A stretch of DNA of 64,000 bases from assembly GCA_964234715.1 (NCBI GenBank), contig OZ174286.1; one strand, given 5' to 3'. Below the pieces are notes generated by a model. It made no database searches. It worked only from the letters and a program-made list of their open reading frames with translations, and had not been told where the DNA came from. The translations under genes and the position numbers were made by a program. Positions 48,273 through 60,974 of the stretch are shown here, piece by piece. This stretch comes from Podarcis melisellensis (Eukaryota). How positions within the stretch are numbered: the stretch's first letter is position 1; every line of letters begins with the position of its first letter.

Positions 48273-49767
48273 GACTATATTCTGCCTTTTGACTATTTTA
48301 ATTGCAATGCAGGGTGTGAATAATACACAGCAAACAAACAATTGACCAACTAAAAATATTGCAATTTGCTAAAGAATGCCACCAATCTGGCAGCAGATTC
48401 TCCCTCCGTTATTTTAAATCTAAAAACTTGCAAAAATTGTAGCCATCCAAGAAGAGGCACTCCCCCCTTTTCCCAAACTCTTCTAGGATGGTGACACACA
48501 TAGGACACAGTACACACATAGTATAAAAACAAAGCATACTTTTTCTCTCTGCAGAAATAACATTTAACCATATGAAAATCTATGTACATATAATTAATTA
48601 ATTGGCTGAAATGGTCAACTAATAACCCAATCCTGTGTGGATCTACTCAGAAATAAGCCCCGCTGAATCAATGAGGCATACTCCCAGCTAAATATTTCAG
48701 TCTAACTTTTCTTTAAGAGGTGAAAACTCTACTTTTCTCTCTCTTTCAATGAATATTCATTTGTTGACCACAATACACATGTGCAACCCCCCTTGTGTAG
48801 CTCAGCTGGCTGGGGAACAACCGAGAGTGGTGTAAAGGAGGTTGAACATTAGAAGAAAGTTAATATTTTTCTGGAGTCCTCTTGGCTTGAATGGTATGTT
48901 GTGGGCTATTTAAGATTAGGCCATGGTCCAGAAGCAGCCTGGAAGGGGCTCACATTTCTGAATGAGACGCAGAAAGAATAAGGCATATTTCATGGAGATT
49001 GTGCATACTGACCAGAGATTGTGCATACTGCCCAGAGAATGTACAAAATTCAGCCATGATAGGCACATCCCCCAAAGTCTGCTATATTGACTCGGGAAGA
49101 TGCACAATTCCCTCTTCACGAATGGATTGTGTCCATATTCTCCATGATGCCAGGGGAATGTGCACAATGGCTGGTTGTGATGCCCATTAACCACTCAACT
49201 TGCATTCCCATTAATTGACACCCCCATTCTTAAACATCTTACATGGAAGATCACAAATGTCATTGCCAACAGTAGGTCTTAGTTCTGTATATGTTTGATC
49301 AGGGTGTAACGGTGAGTTTCCATATACCAGGAAGCAAGTTCCAGGGAATGAATGGGAACTGAGCATTATCCTGGTTAGATCATGATGCCAACACCTTACT
49401 CAGGATTGTCATTATATTCCTTACCTTTGAAAAGGCTTTTAACTGGTTAAGTTTACAGGGTGGGGGCAAAAAACCCAAACAATCCAGCAATCTAGGCTAC
49501 TTCACGATTGCTTCAGGCATGAAGTGGTGTGCGTGTTTCTCTCGTGGGTGGCCAGCAATATTAACATTGACTCTTTATGAAATTCAGCGAAGTCTCCAAA
49601 CACTACATAATAACAGATCTTTCTTTCTTCTTTTTTTTCAAAAACTTGAAGCCAGGTTCCACCATGGGTCACGTTTATGGCTTTCAAGATTGCTGCAATT
49701 CTAACTCTTGTACGTTTCAAGCTCGGTTACTTCTGTTTGGCACTTTCAGAAGGAAACAAGAACCAAC

Positions 49768-49865
49768 CTGTAGGCTGTGAGGTACTCTGCGTCTCCCATG
49801 GGGGGATCCAAGCCACCTGTCCAAGCAATATTTATATTATAACCTTCGCCAGGGCCACTTCCAAC
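49768..49865 (-). CDS. HDAC9: HDAC9 coding exon (98 bp; [33 protein letters not shown])
   Basis: Minus strand reads ...cctttcag|GTTGGAAGT...GCCTACAG|gttggt. The phase-2 end joins exon 13771-13889 as AG|G (Arg). Confidence 0.95.
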
Positions 49866-50200
49866 CTGAAAGGAGAAGTGGGAGAGGGGGGAGAAGTGCC
49901 AGAGGAAGGGGGGTGGGAGAGAGGAAAGGCCAGGAGTGAATCAAAATAAGAAAACATCCAAAAAACGTCCTTTTGAAACAAACATCAAACGGCATGTCAA
50001 ATCAACCTGGCCCCCATTTGACAAGGACTGTTCTGGGTTATGCACTTGTTCTGCGCTGGTCCCTTGGCCCCAGTGGACTATTTGGTAATCTAGTGCAATT
50101 TAAAGCACCAGTCGAGGATGAGAAAATTAGGGGTAATCATGCAACGCAATTACCCGAAAAGATACAAATAAAATTGGGGCTCTAAAGAAATAAACCTAAC

Positions 50201-50320
50201 CTCATTTGGGTCTCCGCTGCCAGGGAAGAAGTTGCCTTCATCATAGCGATGGAGAGAGACATACAGGATGCTGGGGTCAGCATAAAAAGCCTGCTGTGTA
50301 CCGTTGCCATGGTGAACATC
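50201..50320 (-). CDS. HDAC9: HDAC9 coding exon (120 bp; [40 protein letters not shown]), Zn-binding DVH motif
   Basis: Minus strand reads ...cccctttag|GATGTTCAC...CCAAATGAG|gttagg. It is a phase 0-0 exon of 40 codons. Confidence 0.95.
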
Positions 50321-53300
50321 CTAAAGGGGAAAGAAAACAGATGACAAACACAATCATGTCCAAGCCAGTGTGCCGAGAGCCCTTTTGCTTTCTCTTCTCC
50401 TCCTCTTTTTTCTCTCCTTCTCTTTGTGTTTCTCCCTCTTTCTTTTTCCTTCCTTCCTCTTCTCTCTCTCTCTCTCTCCCTCCTTTCCACCCGCCCTTCA
50501 CCACCCCAAACTTCCTGAACTTTCAGGCAAATTACTCTTTAATACACTCATTTTTTAAACCGGCTTCTAAAAATCAGGAAACCACAGTGAGCATGCCCTT
50601 GAGACTCCAGATGAGCAGTCATTGAGAAATCCCAGTCCTTTTGTACAATTAGATATTATACACCGGCTCTTTGTACTCCTTGTCTCAGTGATGGAATCTA
50701 GCATCCTGTTTTATGGAGGAATTTTATGACTTATTAACTGCCAACAGTTCATAACCCCTCAGGCTTAATTAACTAGTCTCATTGGCCCAAAAAAGAAAGA
50801 AGAAGAAAGACTAATGTTTAAAATACAAACTAGAATTCTGCAGGAGGATCTACGGGCTATGGAGCATTTTTGCAATTCTTGAAAGAGCACTAAATATTCG
50901 GGTATTCGTTGATTTGCCAAGTTCCACTATTGAGGTCAAAGGGTTTGCAACCAGCTGAGTAAATTGGCTTCCTTGAAATGTTCAGTTCAGTTAGCAGTCC
51001 CTCCGCAGCGAGATCCACATCAAAAGGGAACCCAGATGCAGAAAGGACTTCATACTTTATGTTCATAAAATCATGACGGCTGCAGTTGACGATGTAAGAA
51101 TATGATCTCATTAGCTTGGAGCAGCCTGATCCTCAAAAGGCCACAAGTGCCATTCATCCTCTACGCTATTTGCTGGCAGGCCACTTTGAAGAATGAATTG
51201 CAAATCCTCTGACAAAGGACAGCATAAAAGATCTGCCTATTCCATCAATACAATGCAGCTACAAGCATACGAATCATTGGTAGCAATAACTTACTAGCAA
51301 CAATTATTCGCAGCTATGATCATATTTTAAGCTGCAGTGCTAAACACACATGCTTGGAAATAATTGACACTGAAAATCCATGGAACTTGCTTCCAAGGAA
51401 ATACACTGAGGATGTTGGTGTGCAAAATAGCTTTCCGAGACGGAATTTGTTCACAGCCACAACAGTCTTGTGAGGGCTGCTTCCATAAAGTTTGTGTATT
51501 GACATAGATCATTACTGTCCATTCCCACTGGGCAGAGGAAATTACAAGGAGAGCAGCCAAACGAATAACAGCCACCCAGATCAGATTTGCCAACCTGGTG
51601 CCCTCCAGGTGTTTTGGACCACAGTGCCCATCAGCTGAATGGAATTGTCATCCATAGCATCTGAAAGACATCAAGTTGGTGAAGTCTGAGCCAGAGGAAG
51701 GCATGTGACCCTTTTAAGAAGGGCTGAGGCCAAGCTAGGAGCACTCTTTTGGTCAGAGCAACAAAGGGAGAGAGTCACCTGCCCAGCCACCCTATGCCAA
51801 TTCCTAAGCAACCTTTCACAAGCGTCTTCCATAACCTTGCATCTTAGATCACACTATATCATATCATCTATCACTGAATTAGCAGGTACCTGGTGGTTAG
51901 CTAATGAAGAATGCAGTCCATGCATCTTGTAAGGGACTGTAAGGAACTGAAATGTACCTATTGGGTGCATGGAGCCCAAGTGGGAAAGCCAGGAGGAGTG
52001 GGTAAAATATGTCTGTGTACTAGGGCAGCGAACTTGGTGTGAGACTGGTTAGAAAAGCCTATGTGCCCATTTTGGTTTTTTTTTGGGGGGGGGGTTCTTT
52101 TTTAAATTTGTTGAATGCATTAGGAGAACTGTCCAGTCTCACAAAGTTTCTGTTAAACTGCTACAAGCATCGCTGTTTGCCATTTCATACTGGTGAAAAA
52201 GTTGATTGTTTAAACTGAGAATATTCCTGTTTCCTGACTTGGCAGTGAGATGCAATTACAGGACTGGCAGTCATAAGGAAAGACTTACGATTGCTTAGGT
52301 CAGTAGTTCTCACGCCGTGGAACTGTTCCCTTTTGGGGGTATGGAAGATTTGGCGGGGGGGGGGGCATGAAGTTTCAGAGAAGGTTAGGATCCTGAGGCA
52401 GATGCTGCCTTCTTCTCCAACAGTCTCATGGTTCAAATGCTCCTCTGATGAGGAACCTACAAAAAGTTTTTGTTTCTTTGGATTTCTGTGTATGTACCCA
52501 ATCATCTCAATGTGATTTAGGAAGAAAGGGCCTCTGCTATTTTGTTCTTATGAGGTTTCCTTGTGCATGGTTTTAGGGAATGGAATGAAAAAGCCAGCCT
52601 ACAGATCTTTGCAGATCAGCTTGTATCTATCCACAAGTGTCCACTTTTGTCCACTCTTCTGTGGAACAGATTATTGATGCTGGCTTTGACCTGGAGGGGT
52701 CCAAGCTGAAACTGATAGAGGAACACCGGTTAAAGTGTTTAAATTACAACGTGACAAATAAGGAAGAACACATGCCAGACGTATTGGAACTTGGTCTCAG
52801 GGTAGATTCTACAGCCAGCATACAAAAGCAAATATGGTCTGGCTAGCCATGGAAGGGAGACTCTATGGAAATTCCATATGCACAACATGGTGCTCTATGG
52901 TGGGAGGCGGGATAAACGAAGGCGGGATAAAAATGCACTAAATAAACAAGTCAGTCAATTCTGTGCTCTAGATAATTTCCCCAAACTGAAGCATAGAACT
53001 ACAATTTAATTAGGTTGCTGAACAACCTATTTGTGCTTCTCTTTTGCACTTGGCTCTGTGACCACTATGGATTTCACAAGGCCACACAACAAGTAAAAAA
53101 GGAGAGTGGGTGACCTACAAATCTTGGATCTGCCTCTCCGTGTCATTAAATGCATTCAGCACCAGTGGGGATACGAATGTTCCAAAATAATGAAATTTGA
53201 GCATACTGGCTATCTATTCTCTATGTAAGCTGAGGTTTAGTTTCAGTTATTTTGGGGTAATGCAGAGTTGGAGTTACACAGTAATCCTGCAGGATGTTTT

Positions 53301-53666
53301 ATGAATCCATAATATTATTAAGCTATTATTGATACATTCAAATTAATGCTGAAATGGGATTGTGTTATTTCATTAAGGAAAATAGCTCCTGGGGAAATGA
53401 AAACCGCAAAACATAGTTTAAGGAATTTTAAAATTCATGGTGAGCTCATTAGTATGTTCAGCAAAACCTGTTCCCAAGGAGCCGTGATGGCTTGTTGTGC
53501 AGGTAATCATCGCAATATATCACAGCACACCATTCAAAGATTTCCAAGTATAATGAAGCCAAATGTAGTCTAGTTGCAGTTGCTGCTAAAGACATGTGTG
53601 TTGCCAACTCTTTAAAATGTCAGTTCTAAGTAAGACTCGACCAAAATTCCTTCACAGTTTCCTATT

Positions 53667-53669
<3 letters not shown>

Positions 53670-53724
<55 letters not shown>
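53670..53724. repeat. (TAA)n microsatellite
   Basis: About 18 units read directly. Confidence 0.95.
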
Positions 53725-53725
<1 letters not shown>

Positions 53726-54183
53726 GGCAGTGATTTTCTGCTGCTTTCTTGGCGCAGAGAAAAACATCTCAGAAATGGTTGAGCTTGCAGAGTGCCTTGG
53801 AAGTAAGACAATACGACGTGATGTGGCATCAGTCCTAGTACATTCCTGGGGGAAGAGCCCTGCGCCACTGTCAATATTGCAGGGCACTTTTGAGTAGCAC
53901 AAGAACTATTGCTTAAAACCAAACAAAGAGGGATGGGTGGTGGTGGTGATGGGAAACATGACCAACTTGTAAGATTAGGTAATGCAAGCAGGAACCTCCT
54001 TCTGCTCCTTCTGAAAAACTGAGAGAAATTCTTCCTTTCCCATCATCTTTCAGGAGGGTTTCATTGAAAAACATTTCATTGGCATTTTCACCTCAGCTCT
54101 AGTTATTAACATTTAGACGCAATTTCTAAGCTACATAGGCCCAGAAAGTCTTTCAATAATCCTAGAACATCAGCCTAAAGGGC

Positions 54184-54512
54184 GTAAAGGTAAAGGGACC
54201 CCTGACCATTAGGTCCATTTGTGACCAACTCTGGGGTTGCGGCGCTCATCTCGCTTTATTGGCCGAGGGAGCCAGCGTACAGCTTCCGGGTCATGTGGCC
54301 AGCATGACTAAGCTGCTTCTGGCAAACCAGAGCAGCACACAGAAATGCTGTTTACCTTCCCGCCGGAGCGGTACCTATTTATCTACTTGTACTTTGACAT
54401 GCTTTCGAACTGCTAGGTTGGCAGGAGTTGCAGGAGCAACGGGAGCTCACCCTGTCGTGGGGATTCAGCAAGTCCTAGGCTCTGTGGTTTAACCCACAGC
54501 GCCACCCGCATC
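54184..54512 (-). mobile_element. Sauria SINE (Squam1)
   Basis: GTAAAGGTAAAGGGACCCCTGACCATTAGG...CACAGCGCCACCCG, closely similar to 13050-13402. Confidence 0.85.
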
Positions 54513-57308
54513 ACAATCTTGCAGAACACAATATAATGGTGGCTCAGGGCTGCAACAGAAATGACCTAGATGCCACTTAACAGTAACACTACTCACTAGT
54601 TTAGCTCTTGAGAACTTTCCCCAGCTTCAGGCACTTTCCTACTACTCTTGCTATGCTTTTCTTAGGTGTCTCCTAATGGAGATAGAGCGATTGCTTTAAC
54701 CTCCAGGGAAAGCTCGATCATCGAGAGGCTATTGGGGAGAGCACAAGGACACTGTGCACCCCAAAAGAAATCCAAAAGGGAATTTGGGGTGCAGAGCGTC
54801 GGCAGCGCGATTTGCAGGCTCTCCTGCCCTCCCCACCATGGCAAAAGGTCTCTTTCTGCCAATGTATGAGCCCAAGATATGAGCTTGTGAGCCACCAGAG
54901 ATAACTTCTATAATAATACATGCCATTCGAGTTCTCAGCACTGATGCGCTCTTCAGAATATGCATTCCTAATTTGATATTTCTGCGACGTACAATGACAT
55001 TTATTTTCTCTCTGGAAACTAAAGGGCAGGGCAGGGAAGGCTGTGGCTCCGTTGTACATCACATTTTGCATTAAAACTTTGACATCTCCAAGCAGTGCTA
55101 GCAGAGACCATGAAGAGCCACTGCAGTCAATGTGTAGAAAATACTGAGTTAGACCAGTGGTCTAACTTATATGATATTGTAAACATTGTTTTCACAGTAT
55201 ATGGCTGTTACTCTTCCATTTATCTGTCCAAATAAACTATTGCTGAGACAGCAAAACATGGGCGGTAAGCCTCTTGTGCAGGCTATTTTTTCTGCATACG
55301 TTAACTTTGTGTATGCTATTTCTAATATTGCCACAAAGGCTACACTGCTATACATACTTGTCTGGAAACAAATCCTATGGAAGACAATGAGGCTTTCTTC
55401 TGAGTAGACATGTGTAAGCCAAATATATTATTTGTTCCTTGGAAACTGATGCTGCCATAAAGGGTGTTGGATAATTCCATCAGAAACAGAAACGGGAGTG
55501 GAAACTGTGACAATTTGCACGTTTGTCTGAGGCCAGGAATGAAAATCATGAAAGCAAATATGAGTGGTATTCTCTATCTCTGTTGTTGTTGTTTTTTAGA
55601 TTACAAACACTGCATAAATGACATTATAATGTCATTATTGTTCTCATTGTTTTCCTTCCATTGAAACACACTGAAGTTAATTATGTGATTAATTATATTA
55701 GTTTCAGCCATATCAGATAGCGAGATGAACAATGTATGTTTCAACAGAAGCTGAACTGTAGTGGAACAGAAATGATGCTGAATGCAGCAAACACAGGGCA
55801 GATTGGAAATTTTTGCCTGCTTGCATCTACAGCTGGCACAATTAATTTTAACAAATTGTTGTAAATACTGGTGCATTTTCTCCCTATATGTGTGGGATAA
55901 AAATGGAATACACATTATTTTTCAACATAACATGAGTAGTAGCGCTGAAAGACAAAGAAAGAGGGCAAGTCATTTTTTTGTCTGATAAATGGTTACCTCA
56001 ACAGAAATAAAGGAAATAGTTCCAGCATAGTTGCTGATAGCAGGATAAATGGGGACATTTTTCTTGCACAGTGCATAGTTGAAACACCAAACCTTTGGGT
56101 TCCATGCACAATTTTATCCAAGGGCAAAGCTAAAGAAATGATAATATTTTTGATACTTTTTCTAACATCCATTCTGCATTTTTGTGGGGTGCTTCCACAA
56201 ATTATTTCCGACACGTAGTAATGATACTTCTCTTCCCACCAAGGAGAACCTTCTCAGATCCAACATAGGCAATGATGTGGAAGTTACTGTCTCAAACTAC
56301 CAGTGCACAAAAATTGGTTTTAGGTTCTGATTAAAAAAAATATGGAAAAATGTTTAGAGGTCTGTTGGATACTTGATTCCCTTGAGAAAAAGGAGGCAGC
56401 ATGAAAGAAGATGGGTATCTTCAGACCTGATGGCAAGCAGTATGTTTATTTTGATCCAGCCAAACCTTGTAGATTCAGGGTGGATACACAAAACTCTCCT
56501 GCCTTTTTGTTTTTGGATTTTTTAAAGCATTTACTGATTCACTGCAATGGAGGGAGCAGATATTTCATATAAATGGATGGAGCTGGCTTCTGCTGAATGT
56601 ATAGGAACTTGGTGTGAACATGCAGTATACATAAAGTGTTGAATGGGGATGGTGGTATTATTTTCTGTTAAGTAAAGAAGATGGAGATAATATATTATAC
56701 AGCCTCATGAACTTCACACAAAAGCAGGGCAGTCCCATTTAGGGCATTTGGTTCGGGAGCTGTGTTCCACACATGGGACAGTCTCCTTCAAGAACTAATC
56801 AGTAACTATGAGAAAATTCTTCCTATGCCATTCCTATTTTTCAGCATGTAAACACTGAAAATCCTTTCAGGATTGCAGATTTAAATCTTTAAAAGGAATG
56901 GTAAAAGCTCCAAGGATCAGAAAGAGGGAAGTTAGTTGAAACAATCTGGCTTCATTAGATTTTTTTCAATGCACATAATCCCCAAATCCAGGAGAAAAGC
57001 AGTTTCCAGGGCTGAGTCAAATGTTTAATATGTGTTGGCAGAAATTTCAGATAGAAAAATACTGTAGCGTGAGCGCAACACATCCACCAGCTGCAGCTTG
57101 GCACCTGCCACCTTTCTTTCAATGTGTATATTGCAGGGAACTAATTGATGCAAATTACCCACTGCCATATAATTCATTATACCTTTCTGAAGTCACCCTC
57201 TGTGTCAAAAATAAGTTATCCCTTTTTTGAGCTACTCTCTGTTTGTTCTGGACCTGCACCTCAGTCCATGATTTACAGAATGTGGGATTCTGAGCATGCA
57301 CACATGCA

Positions 57309-57532
57309 CAGTGGTACCTCAGTTTACGAACTTAATCTGTTCTGGAAGTCCGTTCTTAAACCCAGGTGTGCTTTTCCTAATGAGGCCTTCCGCCGATGGT
57401 GCCCTTCCACCATTTGGCTTCTGTACTTAGACCGAGGTAAATTTCTCAAACCGGGACACTACTTCCGGTTTTGTGGAGTTCGTAAACCGAATAGTTCGTA
57501 AACCGGGCTGTTCTTAAACCGAGGTACCACTG
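57309..57532. mobile_element. Tc1/mariner-type MITE
   Basis: CAGTGGTACCTC...GAGGTACCACTG|TA. Confidence 0.8.
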
Positions 57533-58154
57533 TACTTTACTTAGTCCTGCCAAAGGAGATATCCTAAAGGGAGGCAGACTTGTGGAACTGCCAATTTATG
57601 GATAAAGTGGGAATCCTGATCTGTGTTTGATCATCCGAGCACACAAACAAATGATCACCATTTTTCCATAGCCCCATTCACTTGAAGGAGCATCACACAT
57701 AAAAAGAGGCTTCTACGCTGGATCCAGGTATGCTGCTCCCTATTTTAAACACAATCTTTAACATCATTGCATACAGGGTGGCTGGGCTGATACAAAGCAT
57801 GGAACAAACATGCAAGGCTCACTGTGAAGCGAGTCTTCTCAGAACCCGGATTTAGAACTCAGATACAAACACTCATCAGGGATCCCTGATGCAGGTAAAT
57901 CGTAGAATTGTAGGGTTGGAAGAGTCCTCTAGTCCATTTCCCTGTAATCACAGCTAAATAATCCCTGATAGATGGCCATCCAACCTCTGTTTAACACTGC
58001 CCAATGAAGGAGAGTCCAAATCAGGGAGGGGAATTCCCATACCTCCAGGTGGAACACCCAAAGAACATCTATCACTGCTGTTGACCACCTCCAGCGTACA
58101 GGGTATTCAAACATAGTAGCCAGAGAAAGCATCCCCCTCCTCTCTATGAAACCA

Positions 58155-58394
58155 TGTACCTTGAAGTCAAACGGAATCAGTTCTGGAAGGCCGTTTGACT
58201 TCCAAAATGTTCAAAAACCAAAGCACGGCTTCTGATTGGCTGCAGGAAACTCCTACAGCCAGTTGGAAGCTGCAGAAGCCCCATCGGACATTCAGCTTCC
58301 AAAAATAGTTCACAAACCGGAACAGTCACTTTTGCAGCGTTTGGAAGCCAAAATGTTCAGGAACCAAGCTGTTCAAAAACCAAGGTACGACTGT
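58155..58394. mobile_element. Degenerate Tc1/mariner-type MITE
   Basis: Ends GTACCTTG...CAAGGTACGACTG resemble the TIRs of the other MITEs. Boundaries are approximate. Confidence 0.55.
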
Positions 58395-60562
58395 GTTAGC
58401 TAGGTTAAAGGCCCTCCATTCCTTCACAGACTGCAGCGGTATCTCCTAAATGGTAGAATACATGGTAAGTTTGCAGAAATGGAGCTTCTGTTTGCCGCAG
58501 ACTCCCAAATGCAAGTAAGCTCTTGGTGGCAACAATGGGATGCACAGGTACTTTTGTCAATGAGACCAAACCTGCTATTGCATTGATTCTCAATGCTTGC
58601 CAAGCATTCATAATTTTATCCTAAAACAAAGACATCACTGGCATATTGGGGAGCTGGGCCAGATATGTGGAATGAAAGAGCAGCAGATATTCTCAATGTA
58701 TGAACACCCAGTCACCGGTTCCAGTTGCTCTGCTCCCCTTTACCTATCACATTTGTCATATTTTTTTCTGTTTCTATAAGGCAATGCTTAACGTCAACTC
58801 TTAAACAGCTGCAAAGGAAACCAGAGCTTGTTTGTGACTGCAAAAAACAAACAAACACAAAAACCCAGGCATGGTGGGTAGGGGAGAAAATCCCTAATGC
58901 ACACATCTTTGAATGCAATTTTTGTCTAACGCTCACATTTTTGCAAAGCATTTTCTGTAATATAATGGATTTTGGTATCTTATTTTTACTCATATGTATT
59001 TTTGTGAACACCTTGTCCCATTCTGTGCATTTTTGTACACATTATGTAGCATGAGACCGGCATTGCAGAATTTGGAGAGGTGCAAATTTCAAAGGATACA
59101 CTTCGCACATTGTTACAGAAAGTTCGTATTAGGTGGGCTGAATCAAATTTCCGGCCCATCCGTAGTGACAAGAAGTGCTTGTTCCGCCATGTCTATATGC
59201 TAATTGTTGCCTTTCCCTGTGCAGCTAATGTGGGAGTGTTGATAGCAAGCTTCTTCCTGGTTGGTTAGCAATGGCAGGGTTACTGCTGTGGGCGCATTTT
59301 GTTGTGCTGCTGCTATTCTTGTGGCGCAATATCTGCTGCTGATTTAGCATAGGACTGCAGCCGTAGAGGCTTCTGAGTAGAACAGGACTCTTCCTGTCAC
59401 TTGCCCAGAAGTATACAGAACCATCTCCATTGCTTTTCCTGCTTAATTGTGCATTTTGTATCACATGATTAAATATATTGGAAAACAACTGTTGTTCATA
59501 ACTAAACCACAAACCCTGTTTTCTTTGCACCATCCTCCACTGGGGCAACGTCACAAGGAGATTTAATTATGAGCGCTGATATGAATAAGATTTAAACTAT
59601 TAATTCCATAGCTTGGGGGGTGGAATCTTTAACGCATTTTGTCTTTAAATCTTTTATCACCTGCAAAAATTAATTAAATGCAGATGTAACAGGTTAGGTT
59701 TGGATGCCAGGGTTCATTTCCTGTCTATGCTTTTTCAGACAACTTATTACACCTCCTCCCAAAGTGTAGGCAAAACAAAAATGGTGCTCATAAATCAACC
59801 CCCCGGCTTTTCCTCCAGGCTATGCATGAAGTTGGTCCTTAAGTAGGAGGCAAAGCTCAATTCATTATTCACAAGCAGAATGGATAGAAAACTTACCCAG
59901 TGACAACCGCATTTGAACTAACCATTTGTTTAAAACTGTACTATGCAGCAAAAGATTAATCTAAGCCACAAAGGCTGGCTCTTTGTTGTTATTAAATTAG
60001 ATTTCCTGCATGGAAGGCATCCCATACTGGCACACGTGATTTGGAACCAGGCGAGGGTGGGCTGGGGAAAGACAAAGGCCTTGTTCCTTTGTTTCAATAA
60101 TGTTCGCATTGCACAACTAAGCTGAGCTATTGTCAGCTTAAGGAAGGAAGCCAAACTGCTTACCAAACCAAAGCCACGCAATTTAACTATTTCAAATTTA
60201 TATTCTGCAGGGAAAAGTAAACGTTGGTACTTGTTGGGTCATTTTAACAGTGGAAGTATCAATTCATTTAAGGACCATAAAAGTCACCCTGATCTGCGCC
60301 TTCTTCTCATTAAAATTGCAGTTAACACCATTAAAGTGAAACATACATGTTTATGGTTTCAGTCCTGCCATCCTGGATTTAATGAGTTCCCAAATTCAGA
60401 GGAAAAACACACACCTTTATTACTCCTAAGTATTAAAGGCAGGAAAGCCTAACATATAAAAGAAAAACACAAACCCCTTCCCCCCCCCCTTTCCTTCCAC
60501 CCCTCCCCGAACCATTTTTATCTGGATCCACCCAAATGATGGTGCTTGCCAAGAATACATAC

Positions 60563-60650
60563 CAGATCTACAATCAATATCTTGCCTATATTTAGCTTGT
60601 CTCTCAAGTATTTGGCAGTAATTGCAACCGAATTAAAAAAGCAGAACCCC
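60563..60650 (-). CDS. HDAC9: HDAC9 coding exon (88 bp; GFCFFNSVAITAKYLRDKLNIGKILIVDL)
   Basis: Minus strand reads ...tattccacag|GGGGTTCTGC...GTAGATCTG|gtatgt. The AITAKYLRD...LNI.KILIVDL stretch is HDAC9-type rather than HDAC4/5/7. Confidence 0.95.
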
Positions 60651-60918
60651 CTGTGGAATAGAGAAGAACAGAAATTTTACAAAGCACATCAGTCAGGAAA
60701 ACAGTTATAAATAATGTTCAGGGCATGCGTGTGTGTATGTGTGTGTTTTAAAAAAACCCCACTATATGATCTCTAAGACCATAAATCTGCTTCTGTGAGT
60801 ACCTCAAAAACCTTTTCGGTCATCTGCTAACAATTAGAGTTCCCCAGAGACATGCACAATGCAGGTGATTGCCAGTAACCCTAGCACTCCAAGATGGGCA
60901 ATATTCCCTGGTACTTAC

Positions 60919-60974
60919 ATGGCTGTTGATTCTTCAGCATGATGGCCTGGGGGCCTTACAACAGCAAAACCATT
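60919..60974 (-). CDS. HDAC9: HDAC9 coding exon (56 bp; NGFAVVRPPGHHAEESTA-M), catalytic GHH motif
   Basis: Minus strand reads ...ttcttacag|AATGGTTTTGCT...ACAGCCAT|gtaagt. The RPPGHH motif is the HDAC active-site His pair. The phase-2 end joins the next exon as AT|G. Confidence 0.95.
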
